A stretch of DNA of 64,000 nt, taken from IMG/VR virus record IMGVR_UViG_3300048909_000109; one strand, written 5' to 3'. Each line of letters opens with the position of its first letter. The first letter of the stretch is position 1. A program made the position numbers and the translations under genes. Source of the DNA: a virus. The notes under the pieces are model-generated. The model did no database searches, was not told the origin of the DNA, and was given only the letters and a program-made list of their open reading frames with translations. Below are positions 47,085 through 57,442 of this stretch, piece by piece.

Positions 47085-48720
47085 TCACCACCTCAAGACT
47101 ATCGACCTTGCGAAGCTTTCCGAAAACTTAACGGATGAAGAAGCCGATGAACTCCTCCACACCTGGGAACTTTGGGCGCGGCCCAATCAACTTGAGCCCG
47201 ACGCGGTTCTCCCAAATGGCGAACATTGGGTCACATGGCTTATTCTGGCAGGTCGCGGTTTCGGAAAGACTCGATGCGGAGCAGAGACAGTTATTAAGTG
47301 GGTTCGCGAAGGGACCTGTCGAAGAATTGCATTGGTTGCTGAGGACTCCGCTGATGCGCGAGACGTTATGGTGGAAGGTGAGTCAGGGATCCTTGCCTGT
47401 TCTCCGCGGGATTTCCGTCCTGAGTACTTCCCTTCTAAGCGACGCCTCGTCTGGCCAAATGGCGCTATTGCTACCCTTTTCTCCGCAGAGGATTTTGACT
47501 CGCTTCGTGGTCCCCAATTCGACGGTGCCTGGTGCGACGAGCTTTGCAAGTGGAGATACGCCCAGGAGGCGTGGGATAACCTTCAGTTCGGACTCCGTCT
47601 TGGCGACCATCCCAAGCAGATCGTTACTACAACGCCTCGACCGCTTAGGCTTCTAAAAGACATCATCCTCCGGAGTGATACAGCCCTCACGAAGGGCTCG
47701 ACGATGGAGAACCTGGTCAATCTTGCACCGCCGTTCCGTAAAGCGGTGGTTGATAAGTACCAAGGAACTCGGATCGGTCGACAGGAGTTGAACGCGGAAA
47801 TTCTCGATGATGTGCCCGGTGCCCTGTGGAACCGGACTATGATCGATGATGACCGCATCACTCCCATCGATAGTGTCACTCCCGTCGTTCTGCCGCACTT
47901 CGTTCGTGTCCTGGTCGCAGTCGATCCAGCGAAGGAGGTTCAACAGAAGCGCTCGGAAAACAAGAAGCAGAGCGATGAGTATAAGGCGACTGCATATGCA
48001 GAGACCGGTATCGTCGTTGTGGGCAAGACTCAAGAGGGTCACGGTTACCTACTCGAGGATCTATCATTCCATGGTACCCCGGAAGAGTGGGGCCGCGTTG
48101 CAGTGCAGGCGTATGACGACTGGGCGGCTGATCAAATTGTCTATGAGGCCAATCAGGGCGGTGAGATGGTTGCCGCTGTTCTTCGTCAGGCCGGTAAGTC
48201 TCTGAAGGAAGAAGGTCACCGCACAGCTGACTTTGTTCCTATGAAGGCTGTTCACGCAACTCGAGGCAAAATCGTTCGTGCCGAGCCAGTGTCTCAGCTC
48301 TATGAACAGCACAAGGTTCACCACGTTGGTTACTTCCCCGAACTTGAGGATCAACTGTGCGAGTATACCGAGGCCGGAAATATGGGTTATTCGCCGGACC
48401 GGATGGACGCCTTGGTGTGGGGCTTCACTGAATTGCTGGTTGGTTCGATTGCACATGAAGGCCTCATGGATTACTATCGCCAGGAGAACGAGGCGATCAA
48501 GAAGCGGCTTTCTGGTCAAGAAACCTATGACCTCTCATCCGCTTCGACGGTGCCGATGTTGCCACCGCCAGTGAATACACCACTAGTGGCATATGGCATG
48601 AGTGGCATTGAGTATCGCATCGACGGCGAGGGGCTCTTCCATGTGAAGGAGGAGGACGTTGCTCCCCTGCAGTCAGCTGGCTTTAAGCGCAACTTCACTG
48701 ATGCTAAAGTGGCACCTTGA
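47023..48720 (+). CDS. terL: Terminase large subunit (start approximate)
   Basis: AGRGFGKT, WCDEL, TTTP, VAVDPA, EANQGG, SPDRMDALVWG. Confidence 0.95.
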   Translation: MSGDESGEQLNKVIDGKLLRSHHLKTIDLAKLSENLTDEEADELLHTWELWARPNQLEPDAVLPNGEHWVTWLILAGRGFGKTRCGAETVIKWVREGTCRRIALVAEDSADARDVMVEGESGILACSPRDFRPEYFPSKRRLVWPNGAIATLFSAEDFDSLRGPQFDGAWCDELCKWRYAQEAWDNLQFGLRLGDHPKQIVTTTPRPLRLLKDIILRSDTALTKGSTMENLVNLAPPFRKAVVDKYQGTRIGRQELNAEILDDVPGALWNRTMIDDDRITPIDSVTPVVLPHFVRVLVAVDPAKEVQQKRSENKKQSDEYKATAYAETGIVVVGKTQEGHGYLLEDLSFHGTPEEWGRVAVQAYDDWAADQIVYEANQGGEMVAAVLRQAGKSLKEEGHRTADFVPMKAVHATRGKIVRAEPVSQLYEQHKVHHVGYFPELEDQLCEYTEAGNMGYSPDRMDALVWGFTELLVGSIAHEGLMDYYRQENEAIKKRLSGQETYDLSSASTVPMLPPPVNTPLVAYGMSGIEYRIDGEGLFHVKEEDVAPLQSAGFKRNFTDAKVAP

Positions 48721-48726
48721 TCCCCG

Positions 48727-48770
48727 GTAACCGTCTCTTAACCAACCTGCCAGTATAAATATAGCCATTG
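48727..48770 (+). promoter_or_regulatory. CtrA-box late promoter upstream of portal
   Basis: GTAA-N7-TTAAC ending about 12 nt before TATAAA. Confidence 0.65.
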
Positions 48771-48803
48771 GTGAGGCGTTTTGCCGCGGGGAACTACTAC
48801 CAA

Positions 48804-50348
48804 ATGACAAGTCAACGTGCAGCTGCAGGAGGAGGCCGCGAAGTCGCGATCAACCCTGGCTACTACTCCTTCGGCTACCAAATGGGGGCTCAGGGACAAG
48901 GCGCACAGTGGTTTGGTCCCGGCCAGCCAATGGCGCCACAGGCTCCCGAAGAAGTCAAGGGCCGTGCGTTCGACTTTCCAAGTAACGTCAATCTCCTCAC
49001 CACTCAGCGTCCAGCATCACCGGTCACTTACGAGACGCTTCGCGCCTTCGCCGACAGCTACGATCTTCTGCGCCTCATCATCGAGACCCGCAAGGATCAG
49101 ATGGAACGGCTTCGTTGGGTCATTCAACTCAAAGACCCGAAAGACAAGCTGACCTCGCAGAAGCGGAACCGCATCAAGGACCTCACCAAGTTCTTCATGA
49201 AGCCGGACGGTGAACACCACTGGAACCAGTGGCTCCGGATGATCCTTGAAGACGTATTTGTCGTGGACGCGCTCACGCTTCATCGCCGTCGCACCCGCGG
49301 CGGTCAGCTAGTCGCGCTCGATCAGATCGATGGTGCGACGATGCGCCGCGTTCTTGACGATTGGGGCCGCACTCCGGAGGATCCGCTCGACACCGCCTAT
49401 CAGCAAATACTGAAAGGCATGCCGGCGGTCAACTATACCAAAGACGAGATTATGTTCCGCCCGCGTAACCTGCGGATCCACAAGATCTACGGTTACTCGC
49501 CGGTCGAGCAGATCATGATGACGATTAACATTGCTCTTCGTCGTCAAGTCTATCAGCTGAACTTCTTCACCGAAGGCAACATGCCGGCCTCACTCATCGG
49601 TGTGCCGGAACAGTGGACGCCCGATCAGATCCGCACGTTCCAAGAATGGTTCGACGGGATCAACGCCGGCAACCTTGCCGAGCGTCGCAAGGCTCGCTTC
49701 GTTCCTTCAGCTGTGGGAAAGACCTACATCCCGACGCAGGAGACCGAGTTGTTCGGGTCCGCCGAGGATTGGCTTGCTCGTGTCTGCTGCTTCGCTTTCA
49801 GCATCAACCCGCAACCCTTCATTAAAATGATGAACCGGGCGACGAGCGAAGTCGCCTCGAACGAAGCGTCTGCAACCGGTCTCGAGCCACTCAAGAACTT
49901 CATCAAGGGCATCGTGGATGATGTCCTCGCAGAAGATTTCGACGCAGAAGACTTCGAGCTGATGTGGCGCGGCGATGACGAGCTCGATCCGGTCAAGCGT
50001 CAGCAGATCACCGAGGCCGATGTCAAGTGCGGTCTATCGACCCTTAATGAAGGGCGCATTTCTCAGGGTAAAGATCCATATGATGACCCGGCCTTCGACA
50101 AGCCAATGTTCATGACGTCCAACGGTCTTGCTCCGCTTCTGCTGGATGCGACTGCACAAGGCGCCAATCCGAGCGACCCAAATGCGAACGATCCAGCGGC
50201 ACAGCCAGGCCCTGGACCTGATAACCTGCCTGAAGATCAAGGCGACAAGGGCAAACTTGCCCAGAAGCTCGCTGCGTTCATCGAGGCAGGCGATGAGGAG
50301 GGTTTGGCTAAGTTCTTACGTGAAATCGAAGAGGAGCAGCGCTCATGA
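48804..50348 (+). CDS. Portal protein
   Basis: LRAFAD.YDLLRLIIETRKDQ, QIDGAT.R, YGYSPVEQ, NE.RI..G.DP; follows TerL. Confidence 0.9.
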   Translation: MTSQRAAAGGGREVAINPGYYSFGYQMGAQGQGAQWFGPGQPMAPQAPEEVKGRAFDFPSNVNLLTTQRPASPVTYETLRAFADSYDLLRLIIETRKDQMERLRWVIQLKDPKDKLTSQKRNRIKDLTKFFMKPDGEHHWNQWLRMILEDVFVVDALTLHRRRTRGGQLVALDQIDGATMRRVLDDWGRTPEDPLDTAYQQILKGMPAVNYTKDEIMFRPRNLRIHKIYGYSPVEQIMMTINIALRRQVYQLNFFTEGNMPASLIGVPEQWTPDQIRTFQEWFDGINAGNLAERRKARFVPSAVGKTYIPTQETELFGSAEDWLARVCCFAFSINPQPFIKMMNRATSEVASNEASATGLEPLKNFIKGIVDDVLAEDFDAEDFELMWRGDDELDPVKRQQITEADVKCGLSTLNEGRISQGKDPYDDPAFDKPMFMTSNGLAPLLLDATAQGANPSDPNANDPAAQPGPGPDNLPEDQGDKGKLAQKLAAFIEAGDEEGLAKFLREIEEEQRS

Positions 50349-52249
50349 GTGGTACGAAGAAGGCGCGGGTGTTCGTCCCGCTGATGAAGGTGGACGAGGA
50401 ACAGCGCCTCGTCTTCGGCAAGATCACGGCTCAGGAAGTCGATCAGTCCGGCGAAATGATGGACTATGAAACGTCCAAGCCGAACTTCGAGTCTTGGTCG
50501 TCTCAGATCGAACAAGGTTCCGGCGGTCTCTCGAAGGGTAACCTTCGCGTCATGCACGGTCTGTCTGTGGCCGGCAAGCTGACTGACATCAGCTATGACG
50601 ATGCCGACCAGTCGATCGAGGTCTGCGCCAAGGTGGTCGACGACGCCGAGTGGAACAAGGTGGTCGAAGGCTGCTATACCGGCTTCAGCGTCGGCGGCAA
50701 GTACGGCAAGAAGTGGAAGGAGACTGTGGACGGTGAGACGATCACCAAGTTCACGGCCGTTCCCAACGAGGTCAGCCTGGTCGACAACCCCTGCGTCAAG
50801 TCGGCAACCTTCGCACTCGTGAAGGCCGACGGTTCGGTCGAAGAGCATGCCTTCACCGATGCGGTCGCTACCATCGATCCGCCCGAAGACACCGATACCG
50901 GTGGCGAAGGATCGGATGGTCCCGAGGCGAAGGTCGAGAAGACTGTCGCCGACGATCACAAGCTGCCTGTGGCCGGTGAGCCGACCGCAACTGCAATCGC
51001 CGAGAAGGCTGGTGAACTTGCCAAGGCCGCCAATGACGGCTCGACCTGGCAGGATCACATCGATGCCGCTCGTGAAGATCTGATGAAGACCTCGGCACTC
51101 AACGCCGCGGTTGGTCAGCAGCAGGAGGCGCGAACGAATGATGCAACGGGTGAAGTCGATCCGCCGGCGCAAGAAGGTGCGTCAAGTGAAGGCGACGATG
51201 ACTCGTCCACCGACGAGAATGCCACCGGTGATAATGTCGAGAAGGTTACACCTGCCGGCGTGAAGCAGGTGTGGACCGCCAGTGATGGTCAGACCTTCGA
51301 GAAGAAGGACGAGGCTGTTGCCCACGAGGAGGAACTGCAGAAGGCTGCGGCGCCGAAGACCGAAGCGGAACAACTCCGTGAACGTCTTGCCAAGGCAACG
51401 AACCCCGAGGAAGCCGAGGAGGTCATCCCGGTGACGGAAGACTTCGAGCGTCTCTCCAAGGTGTTCAACGCACTCTCGACTCCGTTCGCCGACAATGGTG
51501 AACCGAAGCTCGAGAAGGGCATGTATACCATCAACCGTTTCTCGAACGTTCTGTCCGACATGGCTTCGCTGTCGAAGTCCATCAAGGCCGAGGGCGTTCG
51601 AGAAGGCGACGATGGTTCGGACTCCACAGTGTCGCAGGAACTGATCGATGCGGTGAAGTCGCTCGGCAAGTCGTTCATCACCTACGCAACCGAACAGGTG
51701 CAGGAGCTGCTCGCCGGCATGGACGATGAAGTGATCGTCGGTTACTACGACTATTACTACAACGCCGTGCAGACCGATCCTGAGAACGGCCTGGCGAAGG
51801 ACGTCTGCTCGATCATCACCGAGCTGAAGGATCCGAGCCGCGAAACTCGCGAGACGTTGGCCAAGGCCTACGGGATGAGCGATGAAGGCGACGACGAGCC
51901 CGAGGATGCGATGACGCCCGGACTCAAGAAGCGCTTCGACGCACTCGAGGCCGAGAACAAGGACCTCAAGAAGGTCGCCGAGGATGCGGTCGCTGCTGTG
52001 GAGACGCTCACCAAGCGCGTCGAGACGGTCGAGAATACGCCGCTACCTCGGGCACCGAAGAATGTCGCCCTTAAGCCGGGTGACAACTCGTTCTTCGGGA
52101 AGACGGCCAACACCGAAGAGGAACGCATTGCAGTCTTGAATGATATGCTGAAGACGGAAGGCGCTGATGCCCTTGCGACGAAGCTCATCAAGCTGTCTCA
52201 CCAGAACCCGATCCGCATTGGTCTTCCGAGCACCAATAACGGATCGTAA
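50345..52249 (+). CDS. Prohead protease fused to long acidic scaffold
   Basis: KVDEEQRLVFG, RVMHG, YTGFSVGG, EVSLVDNPC; acidic/coiled-coil C-terminus. Confidence 0.85.
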   Translation: MSGTKKARVFVPLMKVDEEQRLVFGKITAQEVDQSGEMMDYETSKPNFESWSSQIEQGSGGLSKGNLRVMHGLSVAGKLTDISYDDADQSIEVCAKVVDDAEWNKVVEGCYTGFSVGGKYGKKWKETVDGETITKFTAVPNEVSLVDNPCVKSATFALVKADGSVEEHAFTDAVATIDPPEDTDTGGEGSDGPEAKVEKTVADDHKLPVAGEPTATAIAEKAGELAKAANDGSTWQDHIDAAREDLMKTSALNAAVGQQQEARTNDATGEVDPPAQEGASSEGDDDSSTDENATGDNVEKVTPAGVKQVWTASDGQTFEKKDEAVAHEEELQKAAAPKTEAEQLRERLAKATNPEEAEEVIPVTEDFERLSKVFNALSTPFADNGEPKLEKGMYTINRFSNVLSDMASLSKSIKAEGVREGDDGSDSTVSQELIDAVKSLGKSFITYATEQVQELLAGMDDEVIVGYYDYYYNAVQTDPENGLAKDVCSIITELKDPSRETRETLAKAYGMSDEGDDEPEDAMTPGLKKRFDALEAENKDLKKVAEDAVAAVETLTKRVETVENTPLPRAPKNVALKPGDNSFFGKTANTEEERIAVLNDMLKTEGADALATKLIKLSHQNPIRIGLPSTNNGS

Positions 52250-52347
52250 CGGAGCAACGAGGCGACCGGGGACGGGAGCCAACTTCACCCTTGCCGGGGA
52301 CGGTAAGGTTTCATCAACCAAAGAAGCACAAATAGATTGGAGTTAGT

Positions 52348-53856
52348 ATGGATACGCTTCCTACCCAACTGGGCCTCGCTGCAGGGACTTCCATGGAAGC
52401 CCTCATGAAGGCACTTGCAACCTCACCGATCCTGACGGGCGAAAACAGCGACCTTCTCAAGTCGACGTTCTCGCAGTCGGGTTCGGCCACGACCGGCCTG
52501 ACGTTCTATGACCTCGAGGCCGGCGCGAAGATGCTCTATCCGATCCTCACGCCTCTGCGGAACGAAATTCCGCGGGTCAGCGGACGGGGCGGTATCCAGG
52601 CGAACTGGAAGGCCGTTACGGGCATCAACACCTCGGGCATCCGCGTTGGTGTCTCGGGTGGTAACCGCGGCGCCGTCATGGCTGTCAGCGTTGCCGACTA
52701 TGCGGCTGCCTACAAGGGCATCGGCATCGAAGACAACGTGGACTTCGAGGCGCAGTATGCCGGTCAGGGCTTCGAAGACATCCGCGCTCTTGCAGCGAAG
52801 GTTGGCCTTCAGGCTCTCATGCTCGCCGAGGAAATTCTGATCCTCGGTGGCAACGGTACGCTGGCTCTCGGCGTCACCCCCACGCCTTCGCTCACGGCGA
52901 ATGCGACGGGCGGCACCATGACCGCAACCACGAAGCACGTTCGGGTCGTCGCTCTGACGCTCGAAGGCTACATCAACTCGTCTGTCGTTGCCGGTATCCC
53001 GACTTCGGTCACCCGGACCAACGCAGACAGTTCGACGGACACCTTCGGCGGCGGATCGGCGAATGTCTCGGTCGACGCTTCTGTGGCAACCACGGGAACG
53101 ACCGGCTCGATCACCGCGACGGTTGCTGCCGTCAAGGGTGCCGTTGCCTATGCGTGGTTCTGGGGCGCTGCCGCCGGTACCGCGACTTTGGGCGCGATCA
53201 CCACGGTGAACGTTGCGACGCTGACGACCGATGCAGGTGCGGGAACGCAGGCTGCTTCGACCGTCACGGCCGACAACAGCCGCAACAACCTCGTCTTCGA
53301 CGGACTGCTGACGCAGATTGCTCAGCCGGGTAGCAACAGCTACTATCGTTCGCTCGACGGTGCATCAATCACCGCGGACGGGGCAGGCGGCATCGTCGAA
53401 ATCGATGCGGCTCTCAAGTCGTTCTGGGACAACTACAAGTTGACCCCGGACACGATCTGGGTCTCGTCGGACCTCGCGTTGCTGATCAGCCAGAAGATCC
53501 TGGCCGGCAATGCGAACGGTGCTTACCGCATCGTGGTCAACATGGAGCAGGGAATGATGGTCGGCGGCGTCATGGTCGCAACCTACCTGAACCGCTTCTC
53601 GATGGCCGGCGCCAACGTCGTGAAGGTTCGGATCCATCCGAACATGCCGCAGGGCATGGTGTTGTTCACCTCGAACAGCATCCCGTATCCGGTCTCCGGC
53701 GTCGGGAACGTCATGCAGATCCGTACTCGTCAGGAGTACTACCAGATCGAATGGCCGCTCCGCACTCGTAAGTACGAGTATGGCGTCTATGCCGACGAGG
53801 TTCTGCAGCATTACTTCCCGCCGTCGATGGGCTTGATCTGCAACATCGGCGCCTAA
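52348..53856 (+). CDS. Major capsid protein with a Thr/Ala-rich insertion domain
   Basis: Position after scaffold, biased codon usage, followed by terminator. Confidence 0.85.
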   Translation: MDTLPTQLGLAAGTSMEALMKALATSPILTGENSDLLKSTFSQSGSATTGLTFYDLEAGAKMLYPILTPLRNEIPRVSGRGGIQANWKAVTGINTSGIRVGVSGGNRGAVMAVSVADYAAAYKGIGIEDNVDFEAQYAGQGFEDIRALAAKVGLQALMLAEEILILGGNGTLALGVTPTPSLTANATGGTMTATTKHVRVVALTLEGYINSSVVAGIPTSVTRTNADSSTDTFGGGSANVSVDASVATTGTTGSITATVAAVKGAVAYAWFWGAAAGTATLGAITTVNVATLTTDAGAGTQAASTVTADNSRNNLVFDGLLTQIAQPGSNSYYRSLDGASITADGAGGIVEIDAALKSFWDNYKLTPDTIWVSSDLALLISQKILAGNANGAYRIVVNMEQGMMVGGVMVATYLNRFSMAGANVVKVRIHPNMPQGMVLFTSNSIPYPVSGVGNVMQIRTRQEYYQIEWPLRTRKYEYGVYADEVLQHYFPPSMGLICNIGA

Positions 53857-53867
53857 CGGGTCGTAAG

Positions 53868-53915
53868 GATCGGGAGGTGTCGCGCCAGATGCCTCCCGAT
53901 CTATTTCCTTTCTTT
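53868..53915 (+). terminator. Terminator after capsid gene
   Basis: GATCGGGAGG...CCTCCCGATC plus TATTTCCTTTCTTT. Confidence 0.75.
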
Positions 53916-53938
53916 GGCGCAAGATGGGACAATTTGAA

Positions 53939-54247
53939 ATGAGCAAAGTGAAGATGCAGGCCCCGAAGGGCACGACCTCAGCGAACATCGAGGGTCACTC
54001 CTATGACGTTCCCAAGAACGGGGTCATCACGGTCGCACAGGAGAACCATATCGAGACGCTGCGGCGTCACGGGTTCACCGATGTCATCGAGGACGGCAAA
54101 GACGCCGACGAGTTCATCGAGGGCTGCGACGACAAGGACGAGCTCGTTGAGTTCATCGAAGAGCGCGGCGGTGAAGCCGACAACAGCATGGGCATGAAGA
54201 AGCTGAAGCGTCTCGCCCGTGAAGCCGCCGGCATCAACGAGGAATAA
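53939..54247 (+). CDS. Small head-associated protein
   Basis: N-terminal module also present at TerL C-terminus; C-terminal HeH-like helices. Confidence 0.65.
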   Translation: MSKVKMQAPKGTTSANIEGHSYDVPKNGVITVAQENHIETLRRHGFTDVIEDGKDADEFIEGCDDKDELVEFIEERGGEADNSMGMKKLKRLAREAAGINEE

Positions 54248-54250
54248 GCC

Positions 54251-55045
54251 ATGAATGAGAGGCTGACGACATTAGCGGCTGTCAAGGATTACCTTGGCAT
54301 TACGGACGGGAACAGCGACAGCTTTCTCGACCGCTTGATCTTGTCGGCCTCTCAATTCGTTCTCAATTGGATTGGTAGGGATAGCTTCCGGCCAATCCAA
54401 TACACCATGAACTTTCGAGGCAATGGTAAATCCTCGATCCTACTTCCTTTTTGGCCCGTAGTCTCCATCACCTCTGTGGGAGTTGCTGGATCCGCTATCG
54501 GTGCTTCCACACTTGGTAGCTATGGCCTACCTAATTCAGGCTATGTCCTGGGTGATCCTCGCTTCGGCAATCAGAGTCTTGATCTATACGGCTACAATTT
54601 TTGGCAGGGAGCCCCGTCGCAGGTGATTTACACCGCCGGCTTCCGCACTTCGCAGACAGGAAACATTCCTGGAACTCCTTTCCAGATCGCACCGACGGAA
54701 GGCGGACAGTGGATCGCCGACGAAGATGTGACGATTGATGGGGTTGATGCAGTCAAGGTTGACTCTGGCCCGACAACCGGTCAGTACTCCGTGGATATCT
54801 CGGGTCTTTATACCTTTGCCGATGCAGATACCGGTAAGGAAGCCGTTATCACTTATGACTATGTTCCGTTTGATGTCTCCTTTTCGGTTTGCGAACTGAT
54901 CGGTGAATGGTATAAGCGGAAAGATCGGATCGGCATCATTTCGAAGACACTTGGTGGACAAGAGACCGTTACCTTCTCACAGAAGGATATGGGTGACTCC
55001 ATCAAGTCGACGCTGCAACCCTACATGAACGTGGTACCGTTCTAA
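54251..55045 (+). CDS. Head-tail adaptor (gp6-like) with inserted beta module
   Basis: LTTLAAVKDYLGI, VIYTAGF, GEWYKRKDRIG. Confidence 0.8.
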   Translation: MNERLTTLAAVKDYLGITDGNSDSFLDRLILSASQFVLNWIGRDSFRPIQYTMNFRGNGKSSILLPFWPVVSITSVGVAGSAIGASTLGSYGLPNSGYVLGDPRFGNQSLDLYGYNFWQGAPSQVIYTAGFRTSQTGNIPGTPFQIAPTEGGQWIADEDVTIDGVDAVKVDSGPTTGQYSVDISGLYTFADADTGKEAVITYDYVPFDVSFSVCELIGEWYKRKDRIGIISKTLGGQETVTFSQKDMGDSIKSTLQPYMNVVPF

Positions 55046-55046
55046 C

Positions 55047-55559
55047 ATGGCGGCGGATGACTTCCTCTATCTCAACATCCTGGGTGAGTCCAACCTCCTA
55101 AGGAATATGGATCAGCTGCCCGACGTTGTTCGGGCACTTTTGCTGGAGAAGGCACAGGATTGGGCGGAAGAGCTCGAGAGTGACGTTGCGGACAACATCC
55201 AGTCACGCTTGAAGCAGAAATCCGGCAAGCTACTTCGCGGTCTTGGTCATGAGGTCAAGGTAACGGGCAAGATGATCCTTGCTCGCGTCTTCATTCGTGG
55301 TGTGGCATATGCTCGCCCACAGGAAGAGGGTGGTCAGACACCCGCGCACATGATCTACCCGAATAAGCACCGAGTGCTCGCGTTCTATGGATATGAGGGC
55401 AAGAAGGTTTTCGCCACTCGTGTTTCGCATCCCGGCGGACACATCCCAGCCCACCATTTCATGAAGGATGCTTTCCGCGAACGTGGCCCTGAGATTGCTC
55501 GTGGCACGAAGAAGGCTGTTCTTGATGGTATTCGTGCTCACATGAGGCGCTCGGCATGA
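55047..55559 (+). CDS. Neck protein (HK97 gp10-like)
   Basis: SGKLLRG, YARPQEEGG, HPG...HHFMKDAF. Confidence 0.7.
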   Translation: MAADDFLYLNILGESNLLRNMDQLPDVVRALLLEKAQDWAEELESDVADNIQSRLKQKSGKLLRGLGHEVKVTGKMILARVFIRGVAYARPQEEGGQTPAHMIYPNKHRVLAFYGYEGKKVFATRVSHPGGHIPAHHFMKDAFRERGPEIARGTKKAVLDGIRAHMRRSA

Positions 55560-56035
55560 TCGACGAAGAAGCAATCCTCGCGAAGCTCTTCGAGCGTGTC
55601 GCAGCGGTCACCTGGTTACGCGCAGGCGATGATCCGAGCACTCCCCGGCAGTTCGTCACGACTGACCGGCGCGTTCGCCTCTTCGCTGATGTTCCGAGCG
55701 ATCAACAGCCAGCATGCTTCCAGGCTGAGTGGGGCACTGACGAGGTGCAGGTATCGAACTTGCCCTACAAGGCGACCATCACTGCCAACTGGATCGTGTT
55801 CCAGTGTGTTGGTAAAGACAAGAAAGCCAAGGGCACAATCGAGAACAACCTTATCCTTGGTGGCATCAGGAAAGCACTGGCACCATTGCCGGCTGATCCG
55901 GGCTACCATGACAAGCGCAACACATTGGGTGGTCTAGTATACCACTGCTTCATCAGCGGTCGTATCTTCAAAGACCCCGGGGACATCGACGATCAGGGGA
56001 TGATTGTTGTTCCCATTAAACTGTTGGTGCCATAA
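55556..56035 (+). CDS. Tail terminator-like protein
   Basis: Synteny between neck and major tail genes. Confidence 0.65.
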   Translation: MIDEEAILAKLFERVAAVTWLRAGDDPSTPRQFVTTDRRVRLFADVPSDQQPACFQAEWGTDEVQVSNLPYKATITANWIVFQCVGKDKKAKGTIENNLILGGIRKALAPLPADPGYHDKRNTLGGLVYHCFISGRIFKDPGDIDDQGMIVVPIKLLVP

Positions 56036-56126
56036 TGAGTTTCACGGGCCCGGGTGCGGGGGACAGCCTCCAAATCTGTGAAAGCCGAATTGTTCGGTTG
56101 GGTTATTTAGGTAAGGAGCTTGAAAG

Positions 56127-56882
56127 ATGAGTCAATTTGTCTTCGGCACCGGGCAGCTCTTTGCGACCCCGGTTGGTGGAGGTGCCCCACTGCGCTTCGG
56201 CGCACTGCAGGATGTGTCGGTCGACTTCTCCGGCGACATCAAGCAGCTCTTCGGTCAGTACCAGTATGCGCTGGACACTGCTCGCGGCAAGACCAAGATC
56301 GAGTGGAAGGCTTCGACGGGTAACATCGATGTCGAGGCGTTCAACCAGATCTTCTTCGGCGAGACGGTCGACACCGGCAATCAGCTGATCCAGGTTATCA
56401 ATGAGCCGGGAGCTGTTCCGGCTATGACGACCTACACGATCACCGTTACCCACGGCGCCGACTTCGTCATGGACCTCGGTGTCTACAAGGCGGCCGATGC
56501 GACTCCGTTCAAGCAGGTTGCTTCGGCTCCTGCCGCGGGTGAGTATACGGTCAGCACCGCTGGTGTCTATACCTTCAACGCCGCGGACGCTTCGACCAAC
56601 GTGCTCATTAACTACCTGTGGGAAGATGCTGCGACGGGCGGATCGCTCGACATCAGCAACCAGCTCATGGGCAACACGCCGAAGTTCCAACTTGTGCTTT
56701 CGCAGATCTATGACGGCAGCACGTTCACTCTGTTGCTCTACAGCAACGTTGCGGACAAGCTGTCTCTGCCGCTCAAGCAGGACGACTATCTCATCGCCGA
56801 ACTGTCGGGTCAGTCGATGGCCGATGCAGCGAACCGCGTTGCTCGGATCACGACCACCTCGATTGCCGGCGGCGGAAACTAA
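56127..56882 (+). CDS. Major tail protein
   Basis: FGALQDVSVDF, KTKIEWKA; AAGGAG RBS; followed by terminator. Confidence 0.85.
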   Translation: MSQFVFGTGQLFATPVGGGAPLRFGALQDVSVDFSGDIKQLFGQYQYALDTARGKTKIEWKASTGNIDVEAFNQIFFGETVDTGNQLIQVINEPGAVPAMTTYTITVTHGADFVMDLGVYKAADATPFKQVASAPAAGEYTVSTAGVYTFNAADASTNVLINYLWEDAATGGSLDISNQLMGNTPKFQLVLSQIYDGSTFTLLLYSNVADKLSLPLKQDDYLIAELSGQSMADAANRVARITTTSIAGGGN

Positions 56883-56911
56883 CGATCTACGGGGGGTGGG
56901 CTTCCGTAGTG

Positions 56912-56953
56912 GGCGGCGTCGGGTAATCCCCTTGCCCGGCGTCGCCTATTTCT
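56912..56953 (+). terminator. Terminator after major tail gene
   Basis: GGCGGCGTCGGG/CCCGGCGTCGCC plus TATTTCT. Confidence 0.65.
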
Positions 56954-56980
56954 AAATCAGCCAGATGGAGGGACAACCGA

Positions 56981-57442
56981 ATGGCTACCGTGACTGTAGG
57001 CGGCGCTGAATACGAAGTGCCCGAAATGAACTTTGCTGCTCTCGAACGCGCATGGCCGTTCGTCGAAGAAGCTATGATGACCACGGATCCCATGAAGGGC
57101 GTATCCGCGGGTATCTCCATTATCGCCGCGGGCTTGCTTGAGGCGCCTCACTTCGACAAGACGAAGTTCAACATCGCCGAAGACGAAATGCTCGGCGAGG
57201 ATCAGACCTTCGACCGGATCGTCATCTTCCTCAAGAAGAAGATCCTGGCGAAGGAGATTGAAGGCATCCGCAAGTCTGTGGACATTATCAATCAGGAGGC
57301 CGGGCTGGAACCCATATCGGGGGAAGCCTTGGCGCCGGGACCGGCGGGGGAGGCACAATCGAGCCTTTCACTGGAGACTGCTCCGACCTCACCGCCGAAC
57401 TCGTCGCCGCCGGCTACTGCGGGGGAGACTGGGAACTCGTAA
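56981..57442 (+). CDS. Tail assembly chaperone G
   Basis: Between major tail and tape measure genes; GGAGG RBS. Confidence 0.8.
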   Translation: MATVTVGGAEYEVPEMNFAALERAWPFVEEAMMTTDPMKGVSAGISIIAAGLLEAPHFDKTKFNIAEDEMLGEDQTFDRIVIFLKKKILAKEIEGIRKSVDIINQEAGLEPISGEALAPGPAGEAQSSLSLETAPTSPPNSSPPATAGETGNS

